From an uncultured Gemmatimonadaceae bacterium (GTDB taxonomy: Bacteria; Gemmatimonadota; Gemmatimonadetes; Gemmatimonadales; Gemmatimonadaceae), in assembly GCA_963716745.1 (NCBI GenBank), contig OY970320.1, positions 416,001 through 480,000 on the forward strand: a stretch of 64,000 bases of DNA, in the 5' to 3' direction. Made by a program: the position numbers and the translations under genes. This document shows, piece after piece, positions 57,705 to 64,000 of the stretch (position 1 is the first letter of the stretch; every line of letters begins with the position of its first letter). The notes beneath the pieces were generated by a model. It was given only the letters and a program-made list of their open reading frames with translations. It searched no databases and was not told the DNA's origin.

Positions 57705-58095
57705 TCATTTCGCGATCACCACCCCAAGCACGATCCCCAGTCCCGTCCCGATCCACACCGCCGGCTGCTGGTACCAATGCTTGCCTGGCGGCTCGAGGAG
57801 TGCGACGAAATCGCGTCGTGATGCGCGTCGTCTGGCCGGTGACCACCGCGGTGGCGAGCGAGCCTGTGACGCGCAGCACCTTGATGCGCGCGACGAGCTG
57901 ATCGTGCTTCGACGGGTCCACCGCGATGCCGCTCATGCCCGGCTTCACCCATGACGCGTCCGCAACACGGAAGTTGATCGTGCTGTCACCCACGGCGCTG
58001 ATCTCGAATCGGAACGCGCCCTGCTGCGCATGTGCGGCACCCGGCGCCGCCGCCACACCGAACATCGCGAGCGCCACCAGGAATCGCCGCGTCAT
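57705..58095 (-). CDS. Hypothetical exported protein with C-terminal TM helix (apparent frameshift ~57810)
   Basis: Signal peptide MTRRFLVAL..AHA; C-terminus WYQQPAVWIGTGLGIVLGVVIAK in shifted frame. Confidence 0.6.
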
Positions 58096-59528
58096 TGCTT
58101 CATGAACATGCGGAAGAGCCGCGGGATGTCGTTGAACATCACAACGGCCAGGAGGAGCAGGATGAACGCGAGGCCCGCGCGCATGAGATACTCCTTCGTG
58201 CGCATGCTGAGCGCGCCGCCCTTCACTTGCTCGGCGGCGAGCACGACGATCTGCCCGCCATCGAGCAGCGGCACCGGCAGCAGATTGAACACGGCGAGAT
58301 TGATGCTCAGCAGGCCGAGCAGCGTGACGAGATCGGCCCACCCGCGCTTGGCGGCGTGCGCGGCAGCGCCGCCGATCGCGATCGGTCCGCCGAGTTCTTT
58401 GAACAATGCCCCGCCCGTCGCGAGCTGGCGGAGCGTGCGCAATACGAGACCGCCGGCGTTCCATGTGAGCGCCGCGCCCTGCTCGATCGCGCCGCCCCAT
58501 CCGAGCGGGATCTGGCTCGTGGGCGTGAGCGCGAGCGCGCCGATCTGCCCGACGACCGTATCGCGCACGGGCACACCGCGATGCTTCACCGTGCTGTCCG
58601 GCCGCATGACGAGCGATACCGGTTTGCCCCCGCGCATCACGTCCATGTTCAGTTGTTTGCCCGGCGAACTCTCGATCTGCGTCACCACCTCGCGCCACGA
58701 CGACACGCTTCGGCCATTCACGGTGGTGATGCTGTCCCCGCCGTCGAGTCCGGCGCGCTGCGCCGGCTGGCCGGGCACGACATCGTCGATCACCGGCGGA
58801 ATGAAGTAGTCGATCGCGAGGAGCAGCTGCCCACGCGTCGAGTCGAGCGGCGGACCCACCGGCACCGACACCACGCCCCGCTGCGTGCGCAGCACGAGCG
58901 TGTCGCCCGGAAGCGACTCGACGGCCGCCGCGAACTCGTTCCAATTGGCCACCGAACGCGCGCCCACGGCGAGCAGACTGTCGCCGGGCTGGAGTGACGC
59001 GAGCTGCGGCATGCTCGCGGGCGCGTTCACGCCGCCCACGACACGCGTGAGCAATATCGGACGGCCCTCCGCCTTCGCGAGCCCTGTGAAGAGCACGAAG
59101 CCGAGCACGACGTTCATCGTCACGCCCGCAACGAGAATGAACAGCCGCGCGAGGAAACTCTTCGACTCGAACCAGCGGTCGGGCGGCACCGGCTTCGGAC
59201 CGAAGGGCGCCATGCCATTCGGGTCCCAGTAGCGCGGCTTCTTCGCGTCGCCCTCTGCCACCGGCTGCTCGGCGCCGCCTTCGATGAACGCCATCGTCTC
59301 GTCGTCTTTCGACGCCATGCGCACGTACCCGCCCAGCGGCACGGCGGCGATCATGTACTCCGTTTCGCCCCACTTGCGGCTGATGAGCGCGGAACCGAAT
59401 CCGATCGAGAAGCGCGGCGCGTAGACGCCCATGAGCTTCGCCGCGATGAAATGTCCCAGCTCGTGGATGAACACCACGAGCCCGAACACGAGCGCGATCG
59501 CGCCAACAGAGCGCACGAAATCGATCAT
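58092..59528 (-). CDS. rseP: RIP metalloprotease RseP
   Basis: HELGH, two PDZ domains, NLLPVPLLDGG. Confidence 0.95.
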   Translation of the reverse strand: MIDFVRSVGAIALVFGLVVFIHELGHFIAAKLMGVYAPRFSIGFGSALISRKWGETEYMIAAVPLGGYVRMASKDDETMAFIEGGAEQPVAEGDAKKPRYWDPNGMAPFGPKPVPPDRWFESKSFLARLFILVAGVTMNVVLGFVLFTGLAKAEGRPILLTRVVGGVNAPASMPQLASLQPGDSLLAVGARSVANWNEFAAAVESLPGDTLVLRTQRGVVSVPVGPPLDSTRGQLLLAIDYFIPPVIDDVVPGQPAQRAGLDGGDSITTVNGRSVSSWREVVTQIESSPGKQLNMDVMRGGKPVSLVMRPDSTVKHRGVPVRDTVVGQIGALALTPTSQIPLGWGGAIEQGAALTWNAGGLVLRTLRQLATGGALFKELGGPIAIGGAAAHAAKRGWADLVTLLGLLSINLAVFNLLPVPLLDGGQIVVLAAEQVKGGALSMRTKEYLMRAGLAFILLLLAVVMFNDIPRLFRMFMKQ

Positions 59529-60658
59529 TGGAACAGCTCTCGCACCACGCGTCGCGCCTCCTGATCGGCCGTGAGCAGCGCCTCGCGCGAGCCGCCGGAT
59601 GAACCGCTGAGCGTCTCGAGCGCCCGCGCGATGGCGCGCGGGATGTCGCCGAAGGTGGCACGCCCCTCGAGGAAGAGCGCGACCGCCTGTTCGTTCGCCG
59701 CATTGAATATCGCCGGGAGCGCACCGCCGGCGCGACCCGCGTCGATGCCGAGCTGCAGCGCGGGGAAATCGCTCGCGCGCACCCGCTCGAAGGTGAGCGG
59801 CGACAGTTCCACCGGATCGAAGGGCGGCACACCCGTGTCGGCCACGCGCTCGGGATGCGTGAGCGCATACAGCACCGGCAGCTCCATGCTCGGCGCGCCC
59901 ATCTGCGCGAGCACGCTGCCATCCACGAACTCCACCATCGAGTGCACCACGCTCTGCGGGTGCACCACGATCTCGATGCGATCGTACGGGAGGCCGAACA
60001 GGAAATGCGCTTCGATCACCTCGAGCGCCTTGTTCGCGAGCGTCGCGCTGTCAATGGTGATCTTGCGGCCCATGCGCCACGTCGGATGCTGCAGCGCATC
60101 GGCGACCGTCGCGCGCGCGAGGCGCTCTTTCGTCCAATCGCGGAAGGGGCCGCCGCTCGCCGTGATCAGCAGGCGGCGAATGTCGGTGGCCGGCCGCCCC
60201 GCGATGCACTGCAGGATCGCGCTGTGCTCGCTGTCCACGGGCACGATCTCGCCGCCGCCGGCGCGGCACGCCGCGGCCACCAGTTCGCCGGCCACCACGA
60301 GCGTCTCCTTGTTCGCGAGCGCCACGCGCTTCCCCGCCCGCACCGCCGCGAGCGTCGCGTCGAGGCCCGCGGCGCCGACGATCGCATTCAGCACGATCGC
60401 CACGTCCTTCTGCTGCACGGCCTCTACGAGACAGCCCGCTCCCTCGCGCCATCCCGCCGGATGCGCGGCGCCATTCCGCACCACGCCCACGAAGGACGGA
60501 TGGTAGATCGCCGCCTGCTCGCCCAGCAGCGCCGCGTTGGAGAACGCCGTGAGCGCGGCGACATGGAAGCGGTCGGTGTGCCGCGCGAGCACGCGCAGCG
60601 CGGTCGTGCCGATCGATCCCGTGGAGCCGAGGATCGCCACGCCGCGCGTCTTCTTCAT
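59525..60658 (-). CDS. dxr: 1-deoxy-D-xylulose-5-phosphate reductoisomerase
   Basis: ILGSTGSIG, LANKE, PVDSEH, TASGGPF, NAANE. Confidence 0.97.
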   Translation of the reverse strand: MKKTRGVAILGSTGSIGTTALRVLARHTDRFHVAALTAFSNAALLGEQAAIYHPSFVGVVRNGAAHPAGWREGAGCLVEAVQQKDVAIVLNAIVGAAGLDATLAAVRAGKRVALANKETLVVAGELVAAACRAGGGEIVPVDSEHSAILQCIAGRPATDIRRLLITASGGPFRDWTKERLARATVADALQHPTWRMGRKITIDSATLANKALEVIEAHFLFGLPYDRIEIVVHPQSVVHSMVEFVDGSVLAQMGAPSMELPVLYALTHPERVADTGVPPFDPVELSPLTFERVRASDFPALQLGIDAGRAGGALPAIFNAANEQAVALFLEGRATFGDIPRAIARALETLSGSSGGSREALLTADQEARRVVRELFQ

Positions 60659-61527
60659 CGCACCACCGGCAGCAGCACGTGCGGGAAGGTGAACAGGAAA
60701 TACGCGGCGGGGACCACGAAGAGCAGACTGTCGATCCGGTCGAGCATGCCGCCGTGCCCCGGGATGATGCGCGAGCTGTCCTTCACGCCCGCCTCGCGCT
60801 TGAGGAGCGATTCGGCGAGATCGCCCACCTGCGCGGCCACGGAGAGCGCCGCGCCCACGAGGAGCGCGACTGCGGGCGCCATCGCGAGGCTGGCGTTGGG
60901 CACGAGCACCCAGTGCATGTAGCTCCAGCTCACGAGCATCGCGGCAACGAGTCCGCCGATCGCGCCTTCGACCGTTTTCGCCGGGCTGACCGACGGCATC
61001 AGCTTCCGGCGACCGAGCGCGCGCCCCGCGAAATACGCCGCGATGTCGGTGCTCCACGCGATGATGAGCGGGTAGAACAGCAGCGCCGTGCCGGCGCGCG
61101 CGCCGATGGCGTAGTCGTGATAGCGGAGCGCGTACGCGAACGAGAGCATGCCGGCCGTGTAGAGCACGGCGAACACGCTCACCGCCGCGGCGCCGAGCGG
61201 CCGCGCGCCGGGCGCGCGACGGAACAGCGATCCCACGAGCGACGCGAGCACGATCATCGCGCTGAACGCCAGCACCGGCGGCGTGAACGCGCCGGTGAGG
61301 TACCCATGGACGGCCAGCGGCGTGAGCGCCGCGATGACGACGACGCCGCCGGTGAACGGCGCGTAGCCGGCCGCGGCGGCGAGGCGGCAGCATTCCCATG
61401 CCGCGAGCGCGGATGCGACCGCGAGCAGCGTCGCGAGCGCCGCGCCGCCGAGCCAGATGGCCGCGCCGACGACCGGGATCGCGACGACCGCGAAGAGCAC
61501 GCGGGTCGCGAGATTGGACAGGGCCAC
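60655..61527 (-). CDS. cdsA: Phosphatidate cytidylyltransferase
   Basis: SPAKTVEG, GDLAESLLKR..GVKDS...PGHGG.LDRIDS. Confidence 0.95.
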   Translation of the reverse strand: MALSNLATRVLFAVVAIPVVGAAIWLGGAALATLLAVASALAAWECCRLAAAAGYAPFTGGVVVIAALTPLAVHGYLTGAFTPPVLAFSAMIVLASLVGSLFRRAPGARPLGAAAVSVFAVLYTAGMLSFAYALRYHDYAIGARAGTALLFYPLIIAWSTDIAAYFAGRALGRRKLMPSVSPAKTVEGAIGGLVAAMLVSWSYMHWVLVPNASLAMAPAVALLVGAALSVAAQVGDLAESLLKREAGVKDSSRIIPGHGGMLDRIDSLLFVVPAAYFLFTFPHVLLPVVR

Positions 61528-62270
61528 TACGCGGTGACGCGCCCGAAGCGGCGGTCGCGATTCTGGAAATCGAGGATCGCCTCGTACAACTCGCGCCGGC
61601 CGAAATTCGGCCAGAGCACGGGCGACATGAACAGCTCGGCGTACGCGAGCTGCCAGAGCAGGAAGTTCGAGATCCGCTGTTCGCCCGACGTGCGAATGAG
61701 GAGATCGGGATCGGGGCCGTCGGCCGTGTAGAGGCGCGAGCGGATCGCCTCTTCATCCACGTCTTCGGGACGCATCCGTCCGGCCTGCACATCCTCGGCG
61801 ATGCGCTGCGCCGCGCGCGCGATCTCGGCGCGGCTGCCATACGAGATGAAGAGATTGAGCGTGAGCCGGTCGTTGTGCGCCGTGCGCTCGACGAGCGTGG
61901 CGGCGGCCGCCGCGGCGGCGGGCGTGAGACGGGCGAGATCGCCGAGCACTTGCACGCGCACCCCCTGCTCCGCGAGTTCGCTGGCCTCGCGCGCGATGTA
62001 CTCCTCGAGCAGCGACATGAGCGCCTGGATCTCCATCGGCGGCCGCTGCCAGTTCTCCTGCGAGAATGCGAAGAGCGACAGTACCTCGAGCCCCGCCTCG
62101 ATCGCCCCTTCCACCACCTCGCGCACGGCCTTCATCCCCGAGCGATGTCCCAGCGGCCGCGGCAGATTCCGCTCGCGCGCCCACCTTCCATTCCCATCCA
62201 TGATGATGGCAACGTGGCGCGGGATGGCGCCGTTGAGCTTGATCTTGTCGAGGAGTTCGTCGGATTCCAT
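61527..62270 (-). CDS. uppS: Undecaprenyl diphosphate synthase
   Basis: HVAIIMDGNGRWA, FSQENW.RP, IRTSGEQRISNFLLWQ. Confidence 0.97.
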   Translation of the reverse strand: MESDELLDKIKLNGAIPRHVAIIMDGNGRWARERNLPRPLGHRSGMKAVREVVEGAIEAGLEVLSLFAFSQENWQRPPMEIQALMSLLEEYIAREASELAEQGVRVQVLGDLARLTPAAAAAAATLVERTAHNDRLTLNLFISYGSRAEIARAAQRIAEDVQAGRMRPEDVDEEAIRSRLYTADGPDPDLLIRTSGEQRISNFLLWQLAYAELFMSPVLWPNFGRRELYEAILDFQNRDRRFGRVTA

Positions 62271-62279
62271 GGCTTTTTG

Positions 62280-62308
62280 AATTTGACCGGGGGCCAAGGT
62301 GAAGTCAA
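62280..62308 (-). promoter_or_regulatory. Predicted uppS promoter
   Basis: TTGACT-17 nt-CAAATT, 9 nt before ATG. Confidence 0.5.
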
Positions 62309-62311
62309 ACA

Positions 62312-62429
62312 AACGACGCGGGAAGCGGGAAGCGGGAAGCGCCGCGGGAATCGAGAACAGCCGGGAAGCATATTCCCCGTCAGTTATCGCTCCTCGCGGC
62401 GCTTCCCGCTTCCCGCTTCCCGCGTCGTT
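62312..62429. repeat. Palindromic element with (CGGGAAG)3 arms, copy 2
   Basis: 35-bp perfect IR AACGACG(CGGGAAG)3CGCCGCG. Confidence 0.93.
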
Positions 62430-62983
62430 CAGACTTCCATCAACTCCGCTTCCTTGTTCTTCACCAGCTCGTCGATCTTCGCGATATGCTCGTCGTGCGC
62501 CTTCTGCAGGTCCTTCTCCGCGTGCTTCTTGTCGTCCTCGGCGACCTTCTCGAGCTTCTTGAGCGCGTCGCGGGCGTTCGTGCGGGCGTGGCGGATCGCC
62601 ACGCGGCCTTCTTCGGCGAGCTTGTGGATCACCTTCACGAGCTCCTTGCGGCGCTCTTCGTTCAGCGAGGGGAGCGGCACGCGGATGATGCCGCCCTGCG
62701 TGGCCGGATCGAGTCCGAGGTGCGACTCGCGGATCCCCTTCTCGATCGCGCTCGTGAGTCCCTTGTCCCAGGGCGTCACCGTAATCAGTCGCGGTTCCGG
62801 CGCGGCGACGCTGGCTACCTGCGTGATCGGCAGCATCTGGCCGTAGGCGTCCACGCGCACGGTGTCGAGCAGCGACGTCGTGGCCTTGCCGCTGCGGATC
62901 GAGGCGAGCTCGCGCTTCGAGCTCTCGAGACCCTTGTCCATCGACACGCGGCAGTCCTTGAGGATCTCGGGTATCGTGCTCAT
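62429..62983 (-). CDS. frr: Ribosome recycling factor
   Basis: IRSGKA, VDAYG, L.EERRKELVK, RVAIR. Confidence 0.97.
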   Translation of the reverse strand: MSTIPEILKDCRVSMDKGLESSKRELASIRSGKATTSLLDTVRVDAYGQMLPITQVASVAAPEPRLITVTPWDKGLTSAIEKGIRESHLGLDPATQGGIIRVPLPSLNEERRKELVKVIHKLAEEGRVAIRHARTNARDALKKLEKVAEDDKKHAEKDLQKAHDEHIAKIDELVKNKEAELMEV

Positions 62984-63705
62984 CGCACCAGTGTCCCGAC
63001 GCGGTCGCCCCGGATCGCTCCGGCCACCGCGCCCTCCTGTTTAATGTTGAGCACGATCAGCGGCAACTTGTTCTCGTCGCAGAGCGTGATCGCGGTCTGG
63101 TCCATCACGCCGAGCCGCTGCAGGATCACATCGCGATACGTGATCTCCTCGAAGAGCTTCGCCTGCTTGTCCTTCTTGGGATCGGCCGAGTACACGCCGT
63201 TCACGCTCGTGGCCTTGATGATCACATCGGCCTTCATCTGGATCGCGCGCAGCGCGGCGGCAGTGTCGGTGGAGAAGTACGGATTGCCGGTGCCGCCGGC
63301 GAAGATGATCGTGAGCCCCTTCTCGAAATGGCGGAGCGCGCGCCGGCGGATGTATGGCTCGGCGATCTCCTCCATGCGAATGGAGGTCATGACGCGCGTC
63401 TCGACGCCTTTGCGCTCGAGCACGTCCTGCAGCGCGAGCGCGTTGATGATCGTGCCGAGCATGCCCATGTAATCGGCACCCACGCGGTCCATGCCCATCT
63501 GCGAGAGCGCTTGCCCGCGTACGATGTTCCCGCCGCCGATCACGAGGCCGATCTTCACGCCCATCTCGTGCACGGCCTTGATCTCGTTCGCGAGACGGTC
63601 GAGCACGGAGAAGTCGAAGCCGGCGCCACGCCCTCCGGCGAGTGCTTCGCCCGAGAGCTTGAGCAGCACCCGCTGGTAGCGGAGCGCCGGCTTCTTCTTG
63701 ATCAC
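62980..63705 (-). CDS. pyrH: UMP kinase
   Basis: RVLLKLSGEAL, GGGN, DYMGMLGT, GTGNPYFSTD. Confidence 0.97.
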   Translation of the reverse strand: MIKKKPALRYQRVLLKLSGEALAGGRGAGFDFSVLDRLANEIKAVHEMGVKIGLVIGGGNIVRGQALSQMGMDRVGADYMGMLGTIINALALQDVLERKGVETRVMTSIRMEEIAEPYIRRRALRHFEKGLTIIFAGGTGNPYFSTDTAAALRAIQMKADVIIKATSVNGVYSADPKKDKQAKLFEEITYRDVILQRLGVMDQTAITLCDENKLPLIVLNIKQEGAVAGAIRGDRVGTLVR

Positions 63706-64000
63706 TCCTGGCCCATCTGGTAGCGGATGAAGCGCTTGACCACGACGTTCTCGCCGAGCTTGGCCGAGGCCTCCTTCACGAGATCGCCGATCGTCTTCTT
63801 CGGCTCGCGGATCCACGGCTGCGACATGAGCACGACTTCCTTGTAGAACGACTCGACCTTCCCGTCCACGATCTTGGCGACGAGGTTGTCGGGCTTGCCG
63901 CTCTCACGCACCTGCTGCTCGAAGATCTTCCGCTCGTGCGCGACGAGGTCGGCCGACACGCCGTCCTTGTCCACCGACACGGGCGCCGCGCTGGCGATGT
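63702..64000 (-). CDS. tsf: Elongation factor Ts (5' part outside the window)
   Basis: GKPDNLVAKIVDGK..FYKEVVL..Q, KLGENVVVKRFIRY; upstream of pyrH. Confidence 0.93.
   Translation of the reverse strand, partial: IASAAPVSVDKDGVSADLVAHERKIFEQQVRESGKPDNLVAKIVDGKVESFYKEVVLMSQPWIREPKKTIGDLVKEASAKLGENVVVKRFIRYQMGQE

Overview
Very GC-rich chromosomal window, mostly housekeeping genes. Gene content and order resemble a Gemmatimonadota bacterium (inference, no search run). It contains trpDCF split by an inverted lexA; truA-htrA-purBC-psd-pssA-purSQLF-ppdK; tmRNA; dusB-larB-GGDEF; accD-folC-hisS-proS-lysA-yfcE-guaA; mreBCD-mrdA-rodA; an accessory stretch at about 39.4-52 kb (ferredoxin plus geranylgeranyl-reductase-like enzyme, IorAB-like oxidoreductase, DinB-family, SET-domain and unknown proteins); rpsO-pnp-M16 peptidase-ald; and tsf-pyrH-frr-uppS-cdsA-dxr-rseP. 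Roughly 20 apparent indels break conserved genes and are most likely sequencing/assembly errors. No integrase, transposase, prophage or CRISPR array is visible. Three signals not explained by the gene list stand out: (1) a candidate direct-repeat LexA operator, TTCGG-N6-TTCGG, present twice over the predicted lexA promoter; (2) seven intergenic long palindromes whose arms are tandem 7-, 9- or 20-bp repeats; (3) repeated -35/-10 promoters placed 5-6 nt before start codons, implying leaderless mRNAs.
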